A stretch of 64,000 nt of DNA from an uncultured Pseudomonadota bacterium (GTDB lineage: Bacteria; Pseudomonadota; Alphaproteobacteria; RF32; CAG-239). How positions within the stretch are numbered: position 1 is the stretch's first letter; every line of letters begins with the position of its first letter. The stretch is from the NCBI GenBank assembly GCA_949295025.1, contig CASFJK010000008.1:606-64605 (forward strand), read 5' to 3'. A model generated the notes under the pieces. That model was given only the letters and a program-made list of their open reading frames with translations. It did no database searches and was not told where the DNA came from. Below are positions 9,463-18,839 of this stretch, one piece after another. Made by a program: the position numbers and the translations under genes.

Positions 9463-9948
9463 TTATTCAATAATGACTAAAGGTTCGCCATATTCAACAG
9501 GATCGCCGGTAGAAACAAGAATATTTGTAACTTTACCGCCTTTGTGAGCTTTAACCGGATTAAAGGTTTTCATAGCTTCAATCAAGCAAACGGTGTCACC
9601 TTCAGCAACGCTGTCACCAACTTTGACATAGTTTGGAGAATTTGGATCGGCAGACAAGTAAACAACACCGACCATCGGAGACTTAACGGCACCCGGATGT
9701 TTTGAGAAATCTTGATCAGAAGCGGCAGGAGCAGGAGCTTCAGCGACCGGAGCCGGAGCAACAGCTGCAGGAACAATTGCCGGCATAGGTTGCGGCATAG
9801 GAGCATATGCCGGAGCCGGAGCAATATTTTGTTCACGGGTCAAGCAAATTCTGCATGTTTCGTCTTCATATTCAAGTTCTGTTAAGTTGCTTTTATCAAG
9901 GATTTCAGCCAATTTGCTGATAACTTTAGTATCCAATGGATTAGCCAT
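9463..9948 (-). CDS. accB: Biotin carboxyl carrier protein
   Basis: Ala/Pro linker, VKSPMVG, EAMKTFN biotinylation site. Confidence 0.96.
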   Translation of the reverse strand: MANPLDTKVISKLAEILDKSNLTELEYEDETCRICLTREQNIAPAPAYAPMPQPMPAIVPAAVAPAPVAEAPAPAASDQDFSKHPGAVKSPMVGVVYLSADPNSPNYVKVGDSVAEGDTVCLIEAMKTFNPVKAHKGGKVTNILVSTGDPVEYGEPLVIIE

Positions 9949-10009
9949 TTTATTTTTTCTCTCTAATGTTAAAACAAATAAATCAAGAAGATTCATATCT
10001 CGTATTTAT

Positions 10010-10088
10010 CAAAAAAACAACAAAAATTATCAAAAAAACGCAAAAATAAGCAAAAATAGAGCAAAAATGTGCATTTTTTAATCAAAAA
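10010..10088. repeat. Helically phased CAAAAA tracts (intrinsically curved DNA)
   Basis: CAAAAA at 10010, 10021, 10031, 10041, 10051, 10062, 10083, plus CATTTTT at 10072. Confidence 0.75.
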
Positions 10089-10162
10089 TGTGTATATCTT
10101 TAAAGCTTTTAAAATGTGGTTGAATATATTTTAACAAAACAACCAAAATAAGAAAGTGTGTT

Positions 10163-10180
10163 TTGGCATGTTTTTTGCAT
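10163..10180 (+). promoter_or_regulatory. sigma54 -24/-12 promoter of stand-alone flgE
   Basis: TTGGCATGTTTTTTGCAT; GG-N10-GC spacing. Confidence 0.85.
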
Positions 10181-10213
10181 GTATGAAATGAGATTTAATA
10201 GAGGAGATAATAT

Positions 10214-11434
10214 ATGGCATTAAGTATTTTTACACCATCTGTTACCGGTATGGATGCACAATCTCATGCATTGGAAACCGTAAGTACAAATATTGCCAAT
10301 ATCAATACCGTAGGATATAAGTCGAGCGAAACCATGTTTTATACCATGTTGGGTTCGGCTCCTGTTGTCAAAGGCAATGCTTCTAACGGTCTGCAGTCAT
10401 CAAGAGTTGATGTCAATGGTGTTGGCTATTATGACCGTGCTCATATCACAGCACAAGGACAAGTTGTTTCTTCTGGAAATAATTTTGATGTGGCCATTAA
10501 TGGTAACAGCAATGCATTTTTCACGGTTAGAGACAGTTATTCTGGAGATATATATTATACAAGAGCCGGAAATTTTCGTATTCAGCTGACAGATGGGCAA
10601 TCTTATTTGGTTGCAAACAATGGAATGCGTGTACAAGGTTACGTTGCCAATGAAGATGGAAGCTTTGGTTCTTCAATAGAAGATATTGTAATTAAATATC
10701 CTGATGAAATTCCGGCCACACCAACGAGCAAAGCAGAGATTGTTGCAAATGTTCCGGCAGATGGTGTTGATAGAAGCAGCTATAGTATTATGGTTTATGG
10801 CCCAAATAACAATAGCAGCAATATGAATATGATATTTAAAAAGGTTGAAGGTAAAGCCAATACATGGACTGTTTCTTTTGAAATGGAAGGAGCAACTGTA
10901 ACCGGTACTGAAGACCTAGAAGTTCAGTTCTCTAGCGATGGTAAGTTAATCAGCCCCAGAAATTTTGATATTAATGTTGCTTGGGCTGATGGAAGCAGTA
11001 ATACCATTGCTATGAATATAGAAAATATGACACAATATTCTGGTAGCAGTGGTATAACCACCGTTAAGCAAGATGGAAAAGAAGGTGGTGGTTTCAAATC
11101 TGCAGGAATAGGTGAAGATGGCATAGTTCAAGCTCTTTACAGCAATGGTCAAACTGTCAATTTAGGTAAAATTGCTTTAAGTAGCTTTGCTGCACCAGAT
11201 AACCTCACCCCAATTTCAGGTACTTTGTTTGAAGCAAACGGAGCTAGTGGTAATGGCGTGTTGATAGAAGATGGCGGAGAATATCTCGTTCCGCAAGCTT
11301 TGGAACAATCCACGGCCAATGTCGAAACAGAGTTCAGCAAAATGGTTGTAATCCAAAGAGCATATGGTATGAACTCAAGCTCTTTCACAACCGCTGATGA
11401 AATGTTACAGGTTGTCAGAGACTTAAAAGCCTAA
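10214..11434 (+). CDS. flgE: Flagellar hook protein FlgE-like (short paralog)
   Basis: NIANINTVGYK, YYTRAGNF, LEQSTANVETEFSKMVVIQRAY. Confidence 0.8.
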   Translation: MALSIFTPSVTGMDAQSHALETVSTNIANINTVGYKSSETMFYTMLGSAPVVKGNASNGLQSSRVDVNGVGYYDRAHITAQGQVVSSGNNFDVAINGNSNAFFTVRDSYSGDIYYTRAGNFRIQLTDGQSYLVANNGMRVQGYVANEDGSFGSSIEDIVIKYPDEIPATPTSKAEIVANVPADGVDRSSYSIMVYGPNNNSSNMNMIFKKVEGKANTWTVSFEMEGATVTGTEDLEVQFSSDGKLISPRNFDINVAWADGSSNTIAMNIENMTQYSGSSGITTVKQDGKEGGGFKSAGIGEDGIVQALYSNGQTVNLGKIALSSFAAPDNLTPISGTLFEANGASGNGVLIEDGGEYLVPQALEQSTANVETEFSKMVVIQRAYGMNSSSFTTADEMLQVVRDLKA

Positions 11435-11455
11435 GATAAAAATCTTCTCAAAATA

Positions 11456-11497
11456 AAAGAAAACCCCTGAAAAAATTTTTTTCAAGGGTTTTTCTTT
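11456..11497. terminator. Bidirectional intrinsic terminator
   Basis: AAACCCCTGAAAA...TTTTCAAGGGTTT hairpin between convergent genes. Confidence 0.75.
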
Positions 11498-11520
11498 ATG
11501 CAGATATATCAGAAAACTTT

Positions 11521-12849
11521 TTATTCTTCGTTATCTTCGATGGCATAACGCACAGAAACTTTCACGCGAGTAATACGCATATTATTCACGCCCAAAACTT
11601 CATATGTGCAATAAAAGTCTTCAGCTTTATCACCTACGTTTGGAACTCTTCCCAGAAGTCCGAAAACATATCCACCGATAGTGCTTTCTTCATATTCAGG
11701 CAGAGGCAAACTCATATTTTCATAAGCATCTTCAATTAAGTAAGCTCCATCAAACTCAAAAACGCCATCTTTAAGTTTTTTCATTGGAACTTCTTCCTCA
11801 TCATGCTCATCTTGAATTTCGCCAACTAATTCTTCTAAAATATCTTCCATAGAGAGCAAACCTGCGGTTCCGCCATATTCATCAACGACAACAGCCATAT
11901 GGATTCTTTTGCTCATCATTTCATGCAAAATATCTGAGATAGATTTATTTTCAGGGACAAAAAGTACTTTTCTGGCCAATTTTTTCAAAACATATTGTTC
12001 GCCGTTTTGAGGATTAAATTCCAGCATATCACGAATATGAATCATTCCTAAGATATGGTCTTTATCTTTATCGCAAAGCGGAAAACGAGTATGGTTATTA
12101 TTTTTTACAAATTCCAAAGCCTCATCATATGTTTGTCCTTTATACAAGCATTTGATGTCTTGTCTAGGAATCATTACTTCATGAGCCAGAATTTCAGAGA
12201 AATCGATGGCGTTTTGAATGATTCCACGTTCGGTATCGTCAATAACCCCACCTTTTTGAGAAGCATCAATAATAAGTTTAATTTCTTCTTCTGAGTGAGC
12301 ATCATCATTTTCATTAGAAACTTGAGTTCCCATAAGGTGTAAAATACCATTGGTTACATGATCAAAAACCCAAATAAATGGTGCAAAAATTTGGTTAAAT
12401 ACATATAATGGTTTTGCGATTCTTAAAACATAACTTTCAGTATCTTGAATGGCCAAAGATTTTGGAACCAATTCACCAAGAACCACGTGCAAAAGGGTAA
12501 TAAAAGCAAAAGCCACACCAAAGCTGACAGAATGTAGCAAAATTTTATTATCACCAAAAAAGTCTGCAAATATATCTTCTAACAAATGAGAAACAGCAGG
12601 CTCACCAATCCAACCTAAACCCAAAGAAGCGAGGGTGATACCGAGCTGAATTGCGCTCAAAAAAGTGTTTAATCTGGCATTAATTTTAAGTGCGGTTTTT
12701 GCTCGTTTATCGCCGGAATGAGCCAATTCTTCCAACTTAGTACGACGAATTTTTACAATGGCAAATTCAGAAACCACAAAAAAAGCATTAGCAAAAACTA
12801 AAAAGAAAACAAAAAATAAATAAATTAAATCTCTATATACGGATTCCAT
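11521..12849 (-). CDS. CNNM/hemolysin-family transporter (DUF21 + 2 CBS + CorC_HlyC)
   Basis: QLGITLASLGLGWIGEP, GELVPKSLA, HTRFP, AVVVDEYGGTAGL. Confidence 0.93.
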   Translation of the reverse strand: MESVYRDLIYLFFVFFLVFANAFFVVSEFAIVKIRRTKLEELAHSGDKRAKTALKINARLNTFLSAIQLGITLASLGLGWIGEPAVSHLLEDIFADFFGDNKILLHSVSFGVAFAFITLLHVVLGELVPKSLAIQDTESYVLRIAKPLYVFNQIFAPFIWVFDHVTNGILHLMGTQVSNENDDAHSEEEIKLIIDASQKGGVIDDTERGIIQNAIDFSEILAHEVMIPRQDIKCLYKGQTYDEALEFVKNNNHTRFPLCDKDKDHILGMIHIRDMLEFNPQNGEQYVLKKLARKVLFVPENKSISDILHEMMSKRIHMAVVVDEYGGTAGLLSMEDILEELVGEIQDEHDEEEVPMKKLKDGVFEFDGAYLIEDAYENMSLPLPEYEESTIGGYVFGLLGRVPNVGDKAEDFYCTYEVLGVNNMRITRVKVSVRYAIEDNEE

Positions 12850-12931
12850 AACTTTTTAATCAAAAACCTCATAAATGTTATATAAACAAGAATATTTAAT
12901 AAAAAAAATCTTAATATGTCATTAAAATTAA

Positions 12932-12969
12932 GAAAAAAACAAAGCCCACGTTACAATACATGAGCTTTG
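12932..12969 (-). terminator. Intrinsic terminator of the HD-like gene
   Basis: Minus strand CAAAGCTCATGT-ATTGTA-ACGTGGGCTTTG-T7. Confidence 0.75.
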
Positions 12970-12986
12970 CAAAATATTATTCAGAC

Positions 12987-13808
12987 CTAAAAAAAGAATG
13001 GGTTAGTGCTCAAAGCTTTATAATCATGCTTTATTGGTTCAAGTTTTTTTGCACATTGAAACGATTGATATTGATTAAAAAGCTCCAACTTTTCTGAGAG
13101 AATTTTATTTACACTATCTATATCTATTTTTTGGTTACGTCGGCGTTCCATAATTTTTAGACAGTTGTAAAAAAGTTCCCAAGGATCCATATGATGAATG
13201 TTTGTGTTGATGAGAGCTTCAATTTGCACATTCTTCTTTGCGGCAATTGATGCCATACAGAAGCGAGCTCTTTGATACCATATACGATTATATGCTTCAG
13301 CTTGAAACAGATAAGCATTATATCCCTTTTTTCTTCGTTCGTCCAAATCCATAACAAAAGGAGAAACTCGATCCGGAGCAATGGCTAGGCAAATCGGAAA
13401 CATAATCATGATTTGTTCTTGATAAAAATGCAGTAAAGTTGCATAAGCATCGAGGGGTTTATCTGGTTTGGTAATAGCAGCGCAATCCCAATCAATATAC
13501 ATTTCCATCAGATGTTGCACTCTGTTTTGTGCGCGATTGATGTGGTGTGGTTGATGTCTTCTATGTATTTGTTGAATCTTGTTTTCAGCAAGAAAAGGTG
13601 TAAAATACATAAAAAGCTTATCAATATCATGCAAAACACCATCAGCAGAATATATCCCGAAAAGATAATGTTCTCTCTCCAAAAAAGCCAACTTGTGCTC
13701 TAAGGTATAAGCAAAAGAAGGCAAACGCCACGGACCGTTAGGATTCCATTTTTCACTTTCTTTGGTTAAAATTCGTCTGAATTTTGAATTTAATAATTGT
13801 AAAGCCAT
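12987..13808 (-). CDS. HD-superfamily-like protein (DUF5662-like N-terminal domain), no SD
   Basis: EHK...LHDIDK...HRRHQPHH...EMYIDWDCA His/Asp pattern. Confidence 0.6.
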   Translation of the reverse strand: MALQLLNSKFRRILTKESEKWNPNGPWRLPSFAYTLEHKLAFLEREHYLFGIYSADGVLHDIDKLFMYFTPFLAENKIQQIHRRHQPHHINRAQNRVQHLMEMYIDWDCAAITKPDKPLDAYATLLHFYQEQIMIMFPICLAIAPDRVSPFVMDLDERRKKGYNAYLFQAEAYNRIWYQRARFCMASIAAKKNVQIEALINTNIHHMDPWELFYNCLKIMERRRNQKIDIDSVNKILSEKLELFNQYQSFQCAKKLEPIKHDYKALSTNPFFF

Positions 13809-13944
13809 AATAAAAAATTTTTAATATTAAACAGCAAAATGCAAATTAGCAAAAAAGTTGCAATATTTCAAGCAAATAAAATCTTGCAAAAAGGAATGAA
13901 GCAGAATAAACTCAAGCGTAGTTAATTATTAAAATAGATATATT

Positions 13945-14241
13945 ATGGAAGTAAGATTTTTTATTGCAATGTTTTATGTTGTTTTGGTCGGCGCATTATA
14001 TGCCGCTATCAATGTTTCTCCTAACAAATATAAAAATAGCGAAGCGCTGATTACACATCCTATTGTAGGTATCTTAATTGTTGGTTTATGCACAAGCGGT
14101 GGTGCAGCCATTGTTGGCTCTTTCTATCAGGGTGTATGGAAAGGAATTATATCTCTTATTTGTCTTGTGGTAGGATATTGCATCGCTTGGTATATTATAA
14201 AAATACCGGAAAGAAAATATTTAAAAGAGCAACAAAATTAA
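13945..14241 (+). CDS. Small 3-TM membrane protein, orphan, no SD
   Basis: Three hydrophobic segments; promoter TTGCAA-N17-TAAACT at about 13884-13912. Confidence 0.7.
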   Translation: MEVRFFIAMFYVVLVGALYAAINVSPNKYKNSEALITHPIVGILIVGLCTSGGAAIVGSFYQGVWKGIISLICLVVGYCIAWYIIKIPERKYLKEQQN

Positions 14242-14242
14242 T

Positions 14243-14283
14243 AAAAAAGCTGTTCAGGGTGAAAACTTTGAACAGCTTTTTTT
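14243..14283 (+). terminator. Intrinsic terminator
   Basis: A-run-GCTGTTCAGGGT-GAAA-ACTTTGAACAGC-T-run. Confidence 0.85.
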
Positions 14284-14295
14284 GTTGTTTAAAAT

Positions 14296-14325
14296 AAAAA
14301 AAAGTTCCTTAACGGAACTTCTTTT
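14296..14325 (-). terminator. Terminator downstream of tRNA-Phe
   Basis: AAGTTCC-TTAAC-GGAACTT with A-run on + (T-run on -). Confidence 0.7.
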
Positions 14326-14331
14326 AGTAAA

Positions 14332-14407
<76 letters not shown>

Positions 14408-14490
14408 ATCAATCACGAAAGTGTTTATAGAGCATATTTTTTTTATTGTCTAGTATTATTTTTAATAAATTTAAAAAATATCAACACTTT

Positions 14491-14721
14491 TTAGCGCACA
14501 GATGTTTTTTTCAATAAACTAGCTGCTCTAATGATATTTGTTTGGTTGTTTTTTGCTGTACCAAACATTTGTCCTTGCTTTAAAACGGCAGCGGTATTTT
14601 GTGCGCGCAATTGATTGATGGCTGCATTCCAGTTATCCATACCACAATCATATTTTTTATCGCCGTTTTTCCAAATATAATAAGCAGCCTCTCGAATGGC
14701 TTCTTCCCTAAATTTAGTCAT
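14491..14721 (-). CDS. DUF2934-like small protein
   Basis: IREAAYYIWKNG...DNWNAA pattern; SD AAGGG. Confidence 0.65.
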   Translation of the reverse strand: MTKFREEAIREAAYYIWKNGDKKYDCGMDNWNAAINQLRAQNTAAVLKQGQMFGTAKNNQTNIIRAASLLKKTSVR

Positions 14722-14801
14722 ATTTTTTACCCTTAAAAAATCAATATGCTTTTGTATAACACAACAAGTGTTAAAATATTGTTATGCAAAAATAATGCCA
14801 T

Positions 14802-14839
14802 AAAAAATAAAGCCTCTGGAAAGAGGCTTTATTTCTTTT
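14802..14839 (-). terminator. Terminator after thrS
   Basis: AAATAAAGCCTCT-GGAA-AGAGGCTTTATTT. Confidence 0.85.
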
Positions 14840-14848
14840 ATGTTACTA

Positions 14849-16780
14849 TTATTTATCTTGAGACGGCATCTTGGCTTCTTCAACCAAAGCTTTGATAAAG
14901 TCATCAAGTTTGATAACCTCTTGTTTGTCAGAACCAATACGGCGAACCGTAACAGTTCTTTCTTCTTTTTCTTTGGCACCGACAACGGCAATAACCGGAA
15001 TTTTAGCGACAGAGTGTTCACGTACTTTGTAGCTGATTTTCTCGTTACGCAAATCAGATTTAGCATAAAGTCCGTTTGCTTTCAAAAGTTTGGTAACCTC
15101 TTCAGCATAATCATCCATATCACTGGTAATTGGGCAAACCACAACTTGTTCCGGAGAGAGCCAGAGTGGCAATTTTCCGGCATGGTTTTCAATCAAAATT
15201 CCGAGGAAGCGTTCGATAGAACCAAACAAAGCGCGGTGCAACATTACTGGTTGGTGTTTTTCACCATCTTCGCCGATATAAGAAATATCAAAGCGTTGTG
15301 GCAAGTTCATATCAACTTGGATAGTACCACATTGCCATTCACGACCAATTGCATCTTTCAAAATGAATTCAAGTTTCGGTCCATAGAAAGCGCCTTCGCC
15401 GGGGTTGATTTCATATTTGTAACCATGGCTTTCCAAAGCGTGAGCCAAAGCATTTTCACATAAATCCCAAATTTCATCAGAACCGATTCTGTAAATGCTG
15501 TCCGGACGTGTAGAAAGATAAATCTTCACATCTTCAAAGCCAAAGTCTTTATAAATATCCAAAATGAGTTTCAAAGTTGTGATGCATTCAGCTTCCATTT
15601 GTTCCGGAGTGCAGAAAATGTGAGCATCATCTTGTGTAAACTCACGTACACGCATCAATCCCATCAAAGCACCGGATGCTTCATAACGGTTCACTTTACC
15701 AAATTCGGCAATACGTAGCGGCAAATCACGATAAGATTTAATACCTTGTTTGTAAACAAGCAAACCACCAGGGCAGTTCATTGGTTTAATGCAGAACCAT
15801 TTTTTATCTTCGGTTTGACCGGAATAGTTATGAGCACCATACTTATCCCAGTGACCAGAAGTTTCCCACAAACATCTGTCCATAACGCGAGGAGTGCAAA
15901 TTTCAATATAGCCGTTATTCTCTTGGCGTTTGCGCATATATTCAATCAATTTACGATAGATTTTGTAACCTTTGTCATGCCAGAAAACAGCACCCGGAGC
16001 ATATTCCGGTTCAAAGTGGAACAAATCCATTTCTTTGCCAAGTTTACGGTGGTCGCGCTTAGCTGCTTCTTCCATCATTTTCAAATATTCATCTAAATCT
16101 TTTTTAGAAGCCCAAGCGGTAGCATAAATACGTTGCAACATTTCTTTTGTTGCATCACCACGCCAATAAGCGCCGGCAACTTTCATCAATTTGAAAGCAT
16201 CACCGATTTTGCCGGTTGAAGGGACGTGCGGACCACGGCAAAGGTCTGTAAAGTCACCTTGACGATAAAGAGAAATAGTTTCATCTTCCGGCAAATCTTC
16301 AATGATTTCTGCTTTGTAGTGTTCACCTTTGTCTTTGAAGAATTTAATAGCTTCATTACGAGGCATAACAATACGCTCTAACTTTTCATCACGTTTAACA
16401 ATCTCGTGCATTTTGGCTTCAATTTTAGCAAAATCTTCAGTAGTGAAAGGTTCTTTACGAGCAAAGTCATAGTAGAAACCATTGTCGATAGCCGGTCCGA
16501 TTGTTACTTGAACATCTTTCCACAACTCTTTTACGGCTTGAGCCATAACGTGAGAGCAAGAGTGACGCAAAATTTCCAAGCCTTCTTTATCCTTGCCGGT
16601 GATGATAGTCACGGTTGCGTCGGTAGTGATAGGAGTGCTTAAATCTTGTGTCTTTCCGTTAACGGTGATAGCTAAAGCAGCTTTAGCCAAACTAGAACTG
16701 ATTTTATTGGCGATGTCAAAACCATTGACCCCGCTTTCCATATCTAACATACTGCCATCTGGCAATTTAATCGCAACCAT
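14849..16780 (-). CDS. thrS: Threonine--tRNA ligase
   Basis: TGS domain, RHSCSH, DLCRGPH, RDHRKLG, KPMNCPG, RVREFTQDDAHIFC. Confidence 0.98.
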   Translation of the reverse strand: MVAIKLPDGSMLDMESGVNGFDIANKISSSLAKAALAITVNGKTQDLSTPITTDATVTIITGKDKEGLEILRHSCSHVMAQAVKELWKDVQVTIGPAIDNGFYYDFARKEPFTTEDFAKIEAKMHEIVKRDEKLERIVMPRNEAIKFFKDKGEHYKAEIIEDLPEDETISLYRQGDFTDLCRGPHVPSTGKIGDAFKLMKVAGAYWRGDATKEMLQRIYATAWASKKDLDEYLKMMEEAAKRDHRKLGKEMDLFHFEPEYAPGAVFWHDKGYKIYRKLIEYMRKRQENNGYIEICTPRVMDRCLWETSGHWDKYGAHNYSGQTEDKKWFCIKPMNCPGGLLVYKQGIKSYRDLPLRIAEFGKVNRYEASGALMGLMRVREFTQDDAHIFCTPEQMEAECITTLKLILDIYKDFGFEDVKIYLSTRPDSIYRIGSDEIWDLCENALAHALESHGYKYEINPGEGAFYGPKLEFILKDAIGREWQCGTIQVDMNLPQRFDISYIGEDGEKHQPVMLHRALFGSIERFLGILIENHAGKLPLWLSPEQVVVCPITSDMDDYAEEVTKLLKANGLYAKSDLRNEKISYKVREHSVAKIPVIAVVGAKEKEERTVTVRRIGSDKQEVIKLDDFIKALVEEAKMPSQDK

Positions 16781-16803
16781 ATTAAAATATCCTTTTTTTA
16801 TTT

Positions 16804-16828
16804 ATTAATCATCACGCCATTAATTAAT
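16804..16828 (-). promoter_or_regulatory. Candidate thrS translational operator (anticodon-mimic hairpin)
   Basis: Sense AUUAAUUA(A)U-GGCGUG-AUGAUUAAU, with CGU in the loop, about 9 nt before the SD. Confidence 0.45.
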
Positions 16829-16876
16829 TATTGTTTCATAAAGGCAATGGCTTTCCTTTATCAAACTGCAGAAGAG

Positions 16877-18031
16877 TTATTCTTCTGCTAAAAGCTCTTC
16901 ATAAACTTTAATAGTCTTATCACACATTATTTCTTTGGTAAAGTTTTCTCTTACATTTTTTTGCGCTGCAGCTGAAATTTTTTTCTTTTCACTCATAGAG
17001 AGGGATAGAGCCCAATCTAAAGCATCAGCCAAAGCTTGCGGATTGTCATATTGATAAAGCTTTCCTGTAACACCATCGCTAATAGAATCAAGAGAGCCGC
17101 CAATATTAGAAGCAACTACAATTTTGCCCATGGCTTGACCTTCAATGGCAATACGACCAAAGGCTTCGGGTTCAATAGCCGTGGAAAGTACAACATCAGA
17201 AACCATCATAGCAGCGGGCATATCCAAAACTTTGCCGTAAATTCCGATTTTATTACCGAGATTATATTTTTTAGCCAAAGCCATAAGGCTCTTGAAATAT
17301 TCTTCTCGGCCTTGTTCATCTCCGGCAATAATGCAGTAATAATCTTGATTTTTCATTTTAGAAAGGGCTTCAATCAACAAATGTTGTCCTTTCCATTTAG
17401 TAATTCTTCCTCCTAAAAACAAAACAGGTTTGTCATCAGGAATGTTATATTCTTTAACTTTTTGAATCATCCTTTCTTGAGAAACAGCCTCAGGAGAAAA
17501 TCTTTCTAAGTTAACACAACGGAAAACAAGGCGTAATTTATTTTCATCAACCTTATAGTTTTTCAAAACGTGATTTTTAATGTGGTTGGAAATGACGATG
17601 ACACGTTCACCCATAACCATAACTTTATTATATATTTTCTTAATTCCCCAAGGTCCCAAACCATAAGTTCCATGAAAGGTTGCCATATAGTGTACGCCGG
17701 CTCTTTTTGCAGCCAAATATGCACTCCATGCCGGAGCGCGAGAACGAGCATGAACAATATTGATATCGTTTTCTTTAATATAAGCTTCTAATTTTTTAGC
17801 ATTCTTTAAAATGGTAAAAGGATTTTTGCTTTTTAAATTAAGTGTGAAATGAGGAACACCAAGCTTTTGCAAATCGTGAACCATACGTCCGCCCTTCGAA
17901 GCAACAAAATTTTTGATGCCGTGTTTTGTAAGCTCAGATGCAATCTCAACCGTTCCAAGTTCGACACCACCGGTTTCGAGCTCAGGCAACACTTGTAAAA
18001 CAACTGGTTTTTTATCTTTACCTTTTTCCAT
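16877..18031 (-). CDS. GT4-family glycosyltransferase
   Basis: QVLPELETGGVE, HARSRAPAW, KWKGQ, EPEAFGRIAIEGQAMG. Confidence 0.92.
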   Translation of the reverse strand: MEKGKDKKPVVLQVLPELETGGVELGTVEIASELTKHGIKNFVASKGGRMVHDLQKLGVPHFTLNLKSKNPFTILKNAKKLEAYIKENDINIVHARSRAPAWSAYLAAKRAGVHYMATFHGTYGLGPWGIKKIYNKVMVMGERVIVISNHIKNHVLKNYKVDENKLRLVFRCVNLERFSPEAVSQERMIQKVKEYNIPDDKPVLFLGGRITKWKGQHLLIEALSKMKNQDYYCIIAGDEQGREEYFKSLMALAKKYNLGNKIGIYGKVLDMPAAMMVSDVVLSTAIEPEAFGRIAIEGQAMGKIVVASNIGGSLDSISDGVTGKLYQYDNPQALADALDWALSLSMSEKKKISAAAQKNVRENFTKEIMCDKTIKVYEELLAEE

Positions 18032-18074
18032 TTTCTTTCTAAAATCCTCTACAATGAATATCAGGAGTTTTTAT

Positions 18075-18839
18075 ATGATACAAAATCACACATTTAAAGC
18101 AAAATTTACAACTAAAATTGAATTGAGCCAAGAAAAATCTTTGAAAACACACAAAAACTCTGCAGATTTAACAGTTGTTTATATTCATGGCCTCTTTTCA
18201 GACCCTTGGGGAAGAAAGCCCGAAGAGGTAAAATCTTTTTGTGAAGAAAATAATTTGAACTTTTGCCGATTCGAATTGGTCGGTCATGGCAGTGATAAAG
18301 ACAATTACGAAAATATAGATTTTAATGATTGGAAAAATCAGGTTTTGGAAGTTTTGGATGAACTTGTCCATGGCGATGTTATAATGATTGGATCTTCTTT
18401 AGGAGGCTGGCTGAGTTTGGTGTCAGCCAAAGAAAGACCTAATCGTGTCAAAGGAGTGATCGGCTTAGCTGCAGCACCTGATTTTACATATGATATTGAA
18501 CAATATATATTTACTCCTGAGCAAAAAACAGAAATGAAAGAAAAAGGTAAAATTTTATTCCCGATGAAAGATTTTACTTATATTTTTACTTCCAAAATTT
18601 TTGATACGGCTCGTGAAAATTTGTTGCTGAATAAAGAGCTGCCGATTACTTGTCCGGTGCATTTATTGCAAGGAAGCGAAGATAAAAACGTCATGCCGGA
18701 TAAGCCGTTTAAAATCATGAAATGCTTAAGCTCTGATGATGTTGTCGTCAAAATCATCAAAGGCGGAAATCACCGCTTGGGTAGAGATATAGATATCGCC
18801 GAGATGAAAAAATCCTTAGCTTCGATGTGCGGTTTATAA
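18075..18839 (+). CDS. Alpha/beta hydrolase (ABHD10-like esterase)
   Basis: YIHG, GHGSD, GSSLGG nucleophile elbow, AAAPDFT, HRL; ATG at 18075 follows AGGAG. Confidence 0.88.
   Translation: MIQNHTFKAKFTTKIELSQEKSLKTHKNSADLTVVYIHGLFSDPWGRKPEEVKSFCEENNLNFCRFELVGHGSDKDNYENIDFNDWKNQVLEVLDELVHGDVIMIGSSLGGWLSLVSAKERPNRVKGVIGLAAAPDFTYDIEQYIFTPEQKTEMKEKGKILFPMKDFTYIFTSKIFDTARENLLLNKELPITCPVHLLQGSEDKNVMPDKPFKIMKCLSSDDVVVKIIKGGNHRLGRDIDIAEMKKSLASMCGL

Noticed and set aside
17913-18074. N-terminal extension of the alpha/beta hydrolase in the ORF track
   Set aside because: Overlaps the divergent glycosyltransferase; ATG 18075 has a proper SD.
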